Notes: a model not told the origin generated them from the sequence alone. Shown: positions 10,852-22,123, numbered from the stretch's first letter. The stretch is 64,000 nt of DNA from Ureaplasma sp. Hg2 (GCA_021378525.1 JAACJW010000001.1:10115-74114); one strand, 5' to 3'. Translations and numbers: made by a program.

Positions 10852-12192
10852 ATGCCACAATTAAATACCAGAGCATTTTCATTTGAAGATAGCGATGTTG
10901 ATGTTCCAGTCGACGCTAGCATCAATCATTCAATTACGCATATTTTAAATCCGATCTCAATGATTCAACCTAACCAAGGTCAAATTTCAAATAACCATAG
11001 TTTTTTTAATCAACATTTATTTAACCAGCAACCTAGTTTTAATGAAGCGACAAGAATAATGATGGGGCCAGGAACTCAGGGTAATTATCAACAACCACCA
11101 ATGACTCAAATTTTTGCACCAAATAATGCAACTCGAATTATTATGGGTCCGGCGATGAGCCAAATGAACCCATACGCTAATATTAATAATGGATATATGC
11201 AACCTACAATGATGACTCAGGCGACACAAGGTTTTAATCCAATGTGAAATCAATCGCAAGCTCAAATCGATCCAAATTTTTATGGACAACAAATGGCCAA
11301 TCAAGTTTCAATGGCGCAATGTGGAAACATGGGTCAGTTCCAACAATCAGTTAGTCAAGGCGCATCACAATTTCAACCAAAAGAAAAATCAAAAGCTTTC
11401 CTTGATTATATGAAGCGTCAAAATTCAATTCATAAAGAGGATAATTTAAAAACTAGATTAAATCGAAATTTACTACCAAAGTTTTATCTTAAGGAATTAA
11501 GAAGTGTTGCCCACGATACTTTATTATTAACAATCTTTTTCTTGGCGAGTGTCGCGTTACTTGGATACGTTCTTTATAATTGCATGTGGTTAAGCGTCAG
11601 TTACTGAGTGTTATTACCTCAGATCACACTAAACGTTATTGTGCTTGGTTTCTTTTTATTACAATTATTTAAATATTTTAATTTCCGCAAGGAGGCTAAA
11701 ACCAATCAAGGAACTTTCAGCACCGAAAAACCAACCGCTAGTATTGTTAAGTCATACCGTAAGCTAAAAGTTTCATATTTAAACGTTAATTGATTAGCTG
11801 CAGGAACATATGTCTTTTGCGGGTGAGGTATCTTATTAACATACATCGTAATGTATTTCTTTAATTTAATTGACTCATTACATTCTCAATTTGGTTTACT
11901 TGCTATATACGGCACTGGATCATGAATTCCAATGTATGTTGTGATTGGATTTGGAGCATTCGCAGGTGCCACTTTGATTAGCCAATTCTATATCTTAATT
12001 AAAAACAACACAAGAATAAATCGTATGGAAAACTATTATGCTTGCGAATTGTGTGATCAACAAGACATCATCGGTAATAAGAAAATGACTAACCGTCGTA
12101 ATATGGCGATATTCTTTGTAACAACCTTTGTATTCACTTTTATCTTATATTTCGTTTATGTAATGTTAAAAAGAAAAGCTAACATTAAATAG
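10852..12192 (+). CDS. Membrane protein with Q/N/M/P-rich N-terminal domain, 446 aa
   Basis: Four same-frame ORFs (10852, 11293, 11608, 11932) are joined by TGA; gaps checked. The first ~200 aa are low-complexity (QGNYQQPPMTQ..NNGYMQPTMMTQATQG). Several TM segments follow. AAGGGGTG RBS. Confidence 0.7.
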
Positions 12193-12210
12193 TCAAATTA
12201 CAAAAAAATA

Positions 12211-12277
12211 AATAATATCGCTGATTGAGCGATATTATTTCGCCCCTTACAAGCTCATAAGCAGCTTGTAAGGGGCG
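12211..12277 (+). terminator. Two back-to-back perfect hairpins downstream of CDS 10852-12192
   Basis: Hairpin 1 is aataatatcgc/gcgatattatt (12211-12239). Hairpin 2 is the GC-rich pair cgccccttacaagct/agcttgtaaggggcg (12241-12277). No clean T-tract follows the second. Confidence 0.55.
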
Positions 12278-12505
12278 AATTCAAGCTTTTGTAAGGTTAG
12301 TTACCACTCAAAACAACTTCATTAAAAATAACTATGTTTAATTAGATATGCCATATGTATCTTTTTGGAGCATAGCAAAATATAACTATAATGATAATCA
12401 ATTAAAGAATTAGCATGTTAGGTTCAATTTATAAAATAATCTTTTTTTATCAAGATAGCCGCGTTAGGTATGTTAGAATAAATGTACATAAAAAGGAGAT
12501 TTATT

Positions 12506-12769
12506 ATGACAGAAAATAACCAAGACGTTCAAACAAGTGGAACGCAAGGAAACAAAGGCAATAGCCCAAAGGATTTTATGACTTTAGTATTGTTGTCATT
12601 CTTTTTTGGATGTTTAGGTGTAGACCGATTCTACCTAGGAAAAGTTGGAACAGGTTTACTAAAATTGTTTACCTTTGGAGGATTAGGTATTTGAGGTCTT
12701 ATCGATTTCATTATCGCGCTTACAGGTAGTGCTACTGATTCTGACGGTTTAACTGTTAAATCAAAATAA
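12506..12769 (+). CDS. TM2-domain membrane protein, 87 aa
   Basis: [38 protein letters not shown] is the TM2 signature. AAAGGAG lies 6 nt upstream of ATG 12506. One TGA. Confidence 0.8.
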
Positions 12770-12795
12770 TAACAACATCTATGCTAGCAAGCATC

Positions 12796-12827
12796 AAACG
12801 AAACTTTATTAAAGTTTCGTTTTTTTA
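12796..12827 (+). terminator. Rho-independent terminator
   Basis: 12-bp stem aaacgaaacttt/aaagtttcgttt followed by a T-run. Confidence 0.75.
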
Positions 12828-12967
12828 GTCATCTAAAAGGAATTTATGTTTATTTCTATTAACTAAATACCTTAAAATCTAAGGATTGTATTATTGGCGT
12901 TTTCAATATTGATGTACTTTAAAAATATAATTAGTTATAATAAATTAATTAGTTTAAGGAGTTTAGT

Positions 12968-13951
12968 ATGGATGATCAAACTTTGGCGTTAAAGCAATTT
13001 CTCGAAAAAACCCAAAAGTATTTAAAAAATTTAAAATGATATGAAAAATTTAGTCTTGAAAAGAAATTAAAAATGAGTATCTATAGTTCAATTTTTATAA
13101 TAAACATTATTATCTTGGTCGTTACAGTCGCCCTTGTTGCAGACAAAGTTAATTTGTGATGAGAAATTGTTTTCTATGGTAATTTTTCTTTTCTTGTTGT
13201 TGAAATTATCATTGTTTATTTTTTTAGTTTTATGTTAGTTAAAACAAACGATAAGATAAATCGGGATTTAGATATCTTAACTTTTTATCGTGATTGACTG
13301 CAAGAGATTAAAATTTTCGACACACGAATTGAGCCTACAACTTTAAACATTGATGACAAAACTTTGAAGCATCATTTGATTTTAGATAAATATGTTCTAG
13401 CTAATAATAACTTGGAATTTACTTCAATCGTTAACAAACGCCCGATCGATTTATCAATCTCGACATGAAAACGTTACCGGGGCGGAAGCTTTATGATGCA
13501 AGCTTATGGGTTTAAAAAGCAATTAATAGTTCGAATCAACGATAGTGATAATAAAGCAAAATGTTATTTATATCGGGACGACCCAATTTTAATTCGAAAT
13601 GATCGTCAGGAACCAACTAAATACAATATTTTAAAGCAAGAGGAACCACTTTGTGAAATTGCAAATTTAAACGAAAAGTTTATAGTTCACGGTAAAGATG
13701 CGAGCGAATTTTTTAATGCTAAAATAGTTTCTAAATTAAATAGTTATAATGAAATCCATCCTGAAATGGTATATGAAATTGTTAATGATAAAAACACTTA
13801 TTTAATTATCGAAATGGATTCACTAATGTTTTATTTGCATTATGATAAAACAGCTAATTTCAAATCTTTCGCTAATGCAGCAAAAGATAAGATGTCAATC
13901 GAAAGTAAAAATTGAAATGATATTAAGGAATTAATCGGTATATTATTATAA
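12968..13951 (+). CDS. Two-TM membrane protein, possibly DUF3137-like, 327 aa
   Basis: TAAGGAG RBS, ATG 12968. Hand-translated through five TGA into ORF 13493-13915 and on to TAA 13949-13951. Two N-terminal TM helices are followed by a ~230-aa soluble domain. The architecture resembles CDS 54846-56357. Confidence 0.65.
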
Positions 13952-13984
13952 TAAAGATATTTAAAATTACAAAAAGAATAATTT

Positions 13985-14012
13985 AAGCTGCCTAATAATA
14001 GGCAGCTTTTAT
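13985..14012 (+). terminator. Rho-independent terminator
   Basis: Hairpin aagctgcct/(a)ggcagctt plus TT. Confidence 0.6.
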
Positions 14013-14352
14013 AATTAAATATAGTAATTGAATTAATTATAGTGATATTTGTTTTGACGGTTTAGTTTCTCTAATCATCTAATAAGTTGGATTTTAAAAA
14101 TGATTATTAGTTAATTTTAGAAAGAGTGGTTAAGGGTGCATGTCTATTTTATGGCGATGAAAATTTGCAACGGTATTTTTAAAATAATTTATATTAATCA
14201 AAAACGTTTGATGCTGATTAGTATCGGATCATATTCATTTATGGTACTTCAACCTTTGGGTTACTGATTGAGGCTGTTAAACCCAAGGTTAATTCATTAT
14301 GGAGAATTTCAATTGATGTATAATAAGTACATATGTTTAAGGAAGTCGTCAA

Positions 14353-14898
14353 ATGAGAAATACAACTAAAAAAACAATAAGTTTATCAATCCTAGGAGCG
14401 TCTCTTGTGGTATGTATTGGAGCAGCGGCAGGAGTCGGTTTGAATTTACCAAATTATAACGAATACAATACATACCATGACTTATATAATGTAATGGAAA
14501 AATCAAATAAATCATCAACATTGCATATTGATATGACTTTTAAAGAATTTGTAAAAAAAGAAAACAAAGCTTTTGATTCGCTTACAAGTGATCAAATCGT
14601 CACAAAAAAACAAGAAGCAAAAAATTTAATTAATATGTTCAATAATGCTGATGTAACAACTCAAGATGCGATTGCTAAAAACCTTGGTATTTCTACCAAA
14701 GATTGTAAATATTTTTTAACTACAATGAATAAGGTGAATTATGTTGAAGCAAATAAAATTACATTTTTAGGTTCATTTATATCAATGTTTGTTTTTGTAA
14801 TAATAGCTTTGGGTTCGGGAATTGCGTATACTAAAGTTAACTCTAATGCTAATCATGCTCTAATGCTAATCATGAAAAAAAATAAGCGTAGATATTAA
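14353..14898 (+). CDS. Hypothetical membrane-anchored protein (N-terminal signal/anchor plus C-terminal TM), 181 aa
   Basis: Intact ORF with an AAGGAAG RBS. Anchor MRNTTKKTISLSILGASLVVCIGAAAG and a C-terminal hydrophobic segment. It contains the 17-nt duplication listed below. Confidence 0.65.
   Translation: MRNTTKKTISLSILGASLVVCIGAAAGVGLNLPNYNEYNTYHDLYNVMEKSNKSSTLHIDMTFKEFVKKENKAFDSLTSDQIVTKKQEAKNLINMFNNADVTTQDAIAKNLGISTKDCKYFLTTMNKVNYVEANKITFLGSFISMFVFVIIALGSGIAYTKVNSNANHALMLIMKKNKRRY
14841..14874 (+). repeat. Perfect 17-nt tandem duplication (ctctaatgctaatcatg x2) inside a CDS
   Basis: Read directly: 14841-14857 equals 14858-14874. Confidence 0.95.
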
Positions 14899-14930
14899 TT
14901 TTTTAACATCACTTTCAATAAAAATTAACG

Positions 14931-14974
14931 AATAATCAACATCTGGCTACAAGCCGTGAAGTTGATTATTTTAT
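14931..14974 (+). terminator. Hairpin terminator
   Basis: aataatcaac ... gttgattatt arms (14931-14940 and 14961-14970) followed by TTAT. Confidence 0.45.
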
Positions 14975-15060
14975 GAAAATATATTATTATAAATATTTTT
15001 CATTTATAAACTATTAATTTATTGGGCACCAAAGTAAATCAAAATCATGTCCGAATTCTA

Positions 15061-15720
15061 GGTGCAAGATAAATAAAGCAAAATAACATTAGTTATTTTA
15101 AAAGCCGCAATTTAGTCTTAACGCATTTCCTTGGAAGAGAAGCTTTTTTATTCAAAATCATCATTCTTATCTTTCTTTATTTTGTTATTAGTTTCTTTTT
15201 GTGGGACATTAGAATCCGATTTCAAACTCGCTTTCGCACTTGCTATTTTTTCGGCTTACTAGGCTCATCATTTTTCTTTCGTGATTTCTTTTTATATAAT
15301 AAGTTAACAAACCAATGATAAAAACCACTTGTGGCAATAGATTGATAATTATTATCTAAAACAACAATTCCGGTATTTGTTGAATTATTAGCTAAATAAT
15401 TAATTTTCCCATCACTTATAAAAGGTACAATGTTGTTCATATTATTAGTTACGTTGTAATTTTTAGATCCTTGTTTAATAGTATTCATGGTTTGTTGGGC
15501 GACTGCGATGTTTGAATCAACATTAGAATCTATCAAAGCGATATTTGTTGTTTTGTTATTTAATTTAATTCGTTGCGTGGTAATACTTAAGTTTGGACGA
15601 AAGTAAATAAAGCAACAAATGATGCTGCAATGACAAAGGATATTGATTTCCATAATTTTTCCTTATATTGATTTATCTCAATAATATAATTATAAATAAT
15701 ATATTTATCAAATATAAAAT
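15061..15720 (-). repeat. Segmental tandem duplication (deletion derivative) of 15901-16150 plus 17560-18010
   Basis: DNA-level similarity of promoter, 5' coding, 3' coding and downstream segments, seen by eye. About 1.4 kb of the full copy is missing. Confidence 0.6.
15243..15653 (-). pseudogene. Truncated, internally deleted tandem copy of the surface-protein gene 15958-17940
   Basis: It shares IKQGSKNYNVTNNMNNIVPFISDG and INYLANNSTNTGIVV blocks with the N-terminus of the full gene, then jumps to a tail resembling the full gene's post-TM region (LLYKKKSRKK vs LLTYYIKQTHERKR). The signal-peptide region carries compensating indels. Upstream (15654-15720 vs 17941-18010) and downstream (15061-15120 vs 15901-15960) flanks are also homologous. 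Confidence 0.55.
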
Positions 15721-15957
15721 TCGCGATTATTTTTGGCAATTAATCACTAAAAAACACTCGTAAACTTTACTTTAATATGATTATTTAAAGTTGCATTCTT
15801 TAGTCATCAACTATATAAGGCGTTTGAAAATGAAACTTAAATTAAAAAGATTGTTAATGAGTTAAGTACCGAATCGACAATCAAGAAATATTACTTTAAT
15901 ATGTTGCAAAGCAAGCAATAAAATATCATTAGCTATTTTAAAAGCTAATGATATGCT

Positions 15958-17940
15958 TTAACGTCTTTTGCTTGATTTCGAATTTTGTGAACCCCGGTCG
16001 TCGCTATCATCATTCGATTTTTTTCTATCACTAAATCTTCCTTGAGGTCCGTTAGAGCCTGATTTAGCATTTGCTATTCTTTCAGCTCTTACTAGATTCA
16101 TTCTTTTTCTTTCGTGGGTTTGTTTTATATAATAAGTTAATAAGCTAATGAGAATAACTAACGCAAAACCACCACCAACGGAGGCACCAACGATAATGTA
16201 TAAACTATCCAATTCTGGCTTTGTTATGCCCTTATTATCATCGGTACTATTAATACAAGTGAATGTATGTTTGGCATCACAGATAATCTCGCTACCCTCA
16301 GCGACAACAACTTCCACAATGCTTTTAGTATTGTCTACAGCTGTGATGTTATATGTGGTTTTATATTTTGGGTCATTATAACCTCTAACTTCCACTAGGT
16401 TTCTAACATTTGACTTATCAATTGTTTTTTGTTTAAGGGCTTCTTTAGTATGGTCATCACTAGCGAAAGCAACCCCTTTTAATAAGGAATATTTATCGGT
16501 TAATAGATCGTATTGACTTACCATATTATCACTATCAAATAATACCATCTTTGTTTTATTAATATCCGCTCAACTAAACCCTTCAATAAATGTTGAAGAA
16601 TTATTTGGTAAATAATAATTATTGTCTATCGGATTAGTTAAACTTATTGTTTTGTGAATGCTATTTGCAACCTCATTGAAATTATTAAGCAACCAAAATT
16701 GTTGGCTTCCGTCGTTCGAAATATCACCTTGGACAAAAGGTAAACCAGCCTGTGGAGAAGCTTGAATTTTATCATTTATTGTCGGGTTTTGATCAACGTG
16801 ATCTCCAGGCATGAGGTCTTTGGTGTTGTAAACATTAATTGACCTTTTTGAGGAACTAACATATTTAATAAAGCTCGCAGTGTATTGTGGTTTTTTATCT
16901 AAATAGCTAAATTGGTCATAAAGTAAAGGGGACGCATAATTTTGATATGTTGACATACTTGAAGCGTTTCAATTAGGTTTGAAAGATGATCCCGATTTTT
17001 GGGGATTAGTAATTTTTATTTCCTTTGTCGTGGGGTCAATTGTAAATAACGCTTTATTTAAAATTGTGTAGTTTTGTCATCCGTCATCTCGACTTCGTCC
17101 AAAAATAGTTAAAGCATATCCACCTGGAACTTTTGAAACATAAAATGATTCGACAATAATTCTAGGATCCTTGTTAAAAGAAAATAGATCTCCTGAAGGG
17201 ATGTAATGACGATGAATATTAGTTCCAACAGCAATTGAAGTATCGATGATTACATAGTTAATATATTGAGAATTAGACCCAGTGCCTAATCATTCAGGGA
17301 AAGCAATAATAAGATCGCCATCCACTGCAGGGATAATTCCGATGGCCATTGTTGAATCGAATGAATCGCCGTGGTATCCCGATTCACCGTCTGGATTAAC
17401 TTTTGGTATCTTGGCTAAAAATATGGTCTTATTAGTTTTGATTTCAAGTTTTCAAACTATTGAATAGCGCCCTTTCATTGATGAGGGGTCATCCACGTAT
17501 GTTGCTGCCATATAAATATATTTACCATTACTGCCTGGAACAGCATCACCAATTATCGAAGGAGTAATATGGGTATTTTGATCAATCATTTGATAAAAAC
17601 TACTCGTCGCAATTGTATGATAATTATTATCTATAACAACAATTCCGGTATTTGTTGAATTATTAGCTAAATAGTTAATTTCCCCATCGCTTATAAAAGG
17701 TACGATGTTATTCATATTATTGGTGACATTATAGTTTTTAGAACCCTGTTTAATTGAGCTAATGGTTTGTTGACCAACCATATCGTTTGGATCGACATTA
17801 GTATTGTTCAAATTAGCATGCGCTGATTGATCATCTAATTGTAAGTGCTGGGTGGCAATACTTATGCTTGGGACAAAAGAAAATAAAGCAACAAAAGATG
17901 TTGCTGTAATGAACGATAGCGATTTTACTAATTTTTTCAT
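15958..17940 (-). CDS. Type-I surface/membrane protein (signal peptide, large ectodomain, C-terminal TM, basic tail), 660 aa
   Basis: ORFs 17452-17940, 16570-16956 and 15958-16548 share a frame. I translated 16957-17451 and 16549-16569 codon by codon and found only TGA. Signal MKKLVKSLSFITATSFVALFSFVPSISIA. TM LYIIVGASVGGGFALVILISLL. Tail is rich in R/K/S/D. Confidence 0.8.
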
Positions 17941-18150
17941 TTTACTCCTTAGACTAATTTATTCTTATAATATAATTATAAATAATATATTCATTAAATG
18001 TAATGTTTCAAGGTATTTTTTAATGATTGATTACTAAAAAATCCACTTTGGGCGCAATATATGTAATTTTATATTATTTCTTATTAGTTGCTTATCTTTC
18101 CTTTTGGTGTTAATATTGAAATTATTAAATGAATTATACGGAGGTAGTAT

Positions 18151-19083
18151 ATGGCACGAGTTGTTATCGCTTTAGGCGGAAATGCTTTAGGGAACAATCC
18201 CACTGAACAAAAGGAATTAGTTAAAATTCCTGCAAAGAAAATTGTAGAATTAGTAAAACAAGGCCACCAAGTAGTTGTGGGTCATGGCAATGGACCGCAA
18301 GTTGGAATGATTGTTAATAGTTTTAGTAATGAATCAGTAATTAAGAAAAATGGTTTTAATATGCCATTCGCTGAAGCTGGCGGAATGAGTCAAGGATACA
18401 TCGGTTATCACTTACAAAACGCGATTTATAGTGAATTGAAAAAAAACAAAATGGATACCCAAGTACAATATATTTTGACCCAAACATTAGTTGATGCAAA
18501 AGATAGCGCTTTTCAAAATCCATCAAAACCAGTTGGACCATTTTATAAAGATGAAGCAACTGCAAAAGCAGCTAATCCTGGCGCAACTATTATTGATGAC
18601 GCAGGACGTGGTTTCCGTAAAGTTGTCGCAAGTCCTAAACCGATTGATTTTTTAGGAATCAAGGCGATCAAACAATCAGTTGAAAACGGAACTGTTGTAA
18701 TTGTTGGTGGTGGTGGTGGAATTCCTACTGTCGCACACGCTGACAGTTACCAAGGCGTTGATGGCGTAATCGATAAAGATTTCGCTTTAGCTTTAATGGC
18801 AGAAAAAGTAAATGCTGATAAATTAGTTATTTTAACCGGTGTTAGCAAAGTTGCTATTAATTGAGGTAAACCAACTCAAGCTAATATTGACAAAGCTAAT
18901 ATTAAAGAAATGGAACAACATATTAAGGATAACCAATTTGCACCAGGTTCAATGTTGCCAAAGGTTCAAGCTGCGATTTCGTTTGTTAAACGTGATCCTA
19001 AATCAGAAGCAATCATCGCTTTACTTGAAGAAGTTGATGACGCAATGAAGGGTAAAACCGGAACTATTATTGTTGCAAAATAA
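18151..19083 (+). CDS. arcC: Carbamate kinase, 310 aa
   Basis: MARVVIALGGNALG..GHGNGPQVG..VVIVGGGGGIP..DKDFALA are carbamate kinase hallmarks. One TGA at 18862-18864, and the tail continues to TAA 19081-19083. Confidence 0.92.
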
Positions 19084-19111
19084 TAATTAGTTACTAAATA
19101 ATATTTAAATA

Positions 19112-19144
19112 AAAGTATCGCATTAAGTTGCGGTACTTTTTTTG
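19112..19144 (+). terminator. Rho-independent terminator after arcC
   Basis: aaagtatcgc/tgcggtacttt stem (one G-U pair) plus a T-run. Confidence 0.7.
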
Positions 19145-19248
19145 TAATTAGATAAATCAAATTATTAAAATAGGAAATTCATTTTATTTTGTTGTTTAAA
19201 TTAAGATTTTATAGCTTTAAGAAGCAAGTTAAAAGTGGAGGATTTAAT

Positions 19249-19962
19249 ATGAATGAAATAATTTTATACTTTACTAAAAAATATGATGGAGATTGAGAAG
19301 CTATTTATAAAGCTATTAATGACAAAGAAAGCGTTGAATTAAAAGATATCCAATCAGTGTTTGATGATGTTCGGACAAACTACTTATCAATCATTGACCG
19401 TGATTACCCAAATAAATTTAAGGATATCTTTATGCCACCTTTTTCACTGTTTCACGCCGGTGAGAAGGAACTGTTGGAAAATAAAATAATTGGATTACAA
19501 GGATATGGAAATGAACATGAAATTGAATTTATTGAATTATTAATTAAACATAATTTCACTTTCATTGTTATTAATAACATTAAGAATCAAAAATTAATTA
19601 GTTTTTTGAAAGCAAAAAAAACACCATTAATCTTAGTTAATCTAAATGGGATAAATAAATTAGCTGGCGATTTAAAGATTAATGATCAAAAAAATATTTT
19701 GTTAGTTTCTGAAAGACCAGACAATATTATTGTTAAGGATCAAAAAATACAAAGAATCGAAAGAATCATTATTGCATTAGCTGATTTAGTAATTGTTTTT
19801 GCGCGGGATTGCAACTCAAGCAATAGTCTTGTTGAAACAGCTAGTTTAGAAAATAAGAAAATTGGTTTTATTAAACCAGTTGATAAAAATGTTGATTACC
19901 CGAGTCATAGTGTTAATTATAAAGTGCTCGAAAAAATTGATGATATCGTAAATATAAACTAA
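19249..19962 (+). CDS. dprA: Short, divergent DprA/Smf-like DNA-processing protein, 237 aa
   Basis: GGAGG RBS, ATG 19249, one TGA. It has ..DRDYPNKFKDIFMPPFSLFHAGEKELL.. (the YP..L..I..PP..L..G pattern) and a Rossmann-like ..LILV..LLVSE.. layout. Its position directly upstream of topA matches Firmicutes. Core motifs are weakly conserved. Confidence 0.55.
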
Positions 19963-20053
19963 TTTTTTTTATCTATATTCTATAGATATATAATAATTAC
20001 TTTTCAAATTTGCTATTACTATATATAATAGAATTAAAGTTTGAAGGTGGATT

Positions 20054-22123
20054 ATGAATAAAAATCTAATTATTGTAGAATCAGCAAATAAAATAAAATC
20101 GATTCAATCATATGTAGGGGACGGCTATGTAGTACTAGCTACAGGCGGTCATTTACGTGAGCTAAATAAAAATTATGGTTATAACCGGAAAACGTTTGAA
20201 CCAAAATGGGAAATCATTAATAACCCTAAAAGTAAAGTTAGCAAACAACACACAATTGACGAAATAGCTAAAGAAGCAAAAAATGCTAAAAGTATTTTCC
20301 TTGCAACTGACCCTGATCGTGAAGGCGAAGCAATAGCTTGGCACATCTTTGATTTATTATCAGATGAAGATAAATTGAAATGTAAAAGAATTACTTTTAA
20401 TGAAGTAACAAAAAAATATATTCTTAATGCAATTGAAAACCCAAGGGACATCGATGTTAATTTGGTTAATAGTCAATTTGCAAGAAGAATTTTAGACCGG
20501 TTGGTAGGATACAAACTATCTAATTTAGTAAAAACCACTTTAAAAGCAATATCTGCTGGACGGGTGCAATCAATAGCTTTAATGTTTATTGTTGATCGTG
20601 AATTAGAAAGAAGGGTTTTCGTACCAACTTTATGGTGAACTATAGATACGGTAATTGATAAAGATATCGAAGCTTATCTAAGATCTGCTCCTGAAGAAAT
20701 AGAAGAGGTAAAGATTGAAGGAAGATCTGAAAGTGAAGTTCGTTTTAAAACTGAAGCTGATGCAATTAAACATGAAGCTAAATTAGGTGATGAATTTGAA
20801 ATTTATAATATTGATGATCCAAAGCATAGACCTGGACCACGAAAAAAACCATATACTACTGATACCTTACTACAAGACGCTTTTCAACAATTAGGTTGAG
20901 GAACTGACAAGACAACTAAAATCGCTCAAATGATGTTTGAAGGCGTTGAAATTAGCGGCGAACACACTGCGTTAATTTCATACCCTAGAACCGATAGTGA
21001 ACGAATGAGTGACGAGTTCGTGGCTAGTGCACATTTATACATAAAGGATAATTATGGTGATGATCATATTAGTAATTTCTTTATGGAGAAACCAAAAACT
21101 AAAAAGAAACAAATAAACGTTCAAGATGCCCATGAAGCCATCAGACCTATTTCTGTTATGACTTCACCAGAATCAATTGTGGGAAGCCTAAAGGATGACA
21201 CAAGTAATAGCATTAGTAAGTTATACCGTTTGATTTGAACGAGAACTGTTGCTGCTTTGATGAAACCACCAAGTTATATAAGTCATACAATAAGATTCTC
21301 TAACAATGGTTATAAATTCTATACATCATATCGAGAATTAACCTTTAAAGGATATTTAGCGTTACCATACTATGATATTGAGAATGCTAAAAATGCTATC
21401 AACTTAACATCGTATAAAGTTGGAGATATTCTAAAGAGAAAATCTACAGTAGTTAAAGACCACACAACTACACCGCCACCATATTACAATGAAGGTACAC
21501 TTGTTGGAGCGTTAAAAGCTGCCGGAGTTGGACGGCCATCAACTTATAGAACAATGACAAAAATAGGTCAAAGTCGTGGTTATGTTATTAAAGAAAAACA
21601 AAATTTAATTCCGTCAGAAACCGGATTAAAAGTAATCCAAGAACTTCGTAAGCAATTTCCAGATATTATTAATAAAAAGTTTACCGCTGATATGGAAATA
21701 AGACTTGATACTATTGCTCTTGGTGAAGAAGATTGAAAAACTTGATTAATGGATTTTGCTCCCAAATTCCAAGAAATGGTAAAAAAATCTTATGATACAA
21801 TTGAACGTGTAAAAGATGAAAAAGCAGGCCGCGATTGTCCTGACTGCGGGAAAGATTTAGTAATAAAGACTAGTCGTTATAATAAAAAATTTATTGGCTG
21901 TTCTGGTTTCCCAAATTGTCGATTTATTGAACCTTTAGAAAAACCAAAATTATTAGATGAATTATGCCCAAATTGTAATAGTCAATTAATTGAACGCAAA
22001 AACCGCCGTGGCGAACCTTTTACGGGATGTTCGGCATTTCCAAAATGTAAATTTATTAGAGCAGATGAAAATAGTAAGAAATATTCAAAAAAAGAAAAAA
22101 CTATTAAATCAGAAAAAGCATAA
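20054..22123 (+). CDS. topA: DNA topoisomerase I, 689 aa
   Basis: Four same-frame ORFs joined by TGA; gaps checked. TOPRIM (LIIVESANKIKSIQSY..ATDPDREGEAIAWH), active-site region (SYPRTDS) and C-terminal Zn-ribbon repeats (CPDCGKDL..CSGFPNC, CPNCNSQL..CSAFPKC). Confidence 0.95.

Noticed and set aside
14250-14292. The imperfect hairpin aacctttgggtt…aacccaaggtt upstream of CDS 14353-14898 as a riboswitch or attenuator.
   Set aside because: It is a single imperfect stem with a 17-nt loop. It has no alternative pairing partner, no T-tract and no recognisable riboswitch core, so there is too little to support a call.
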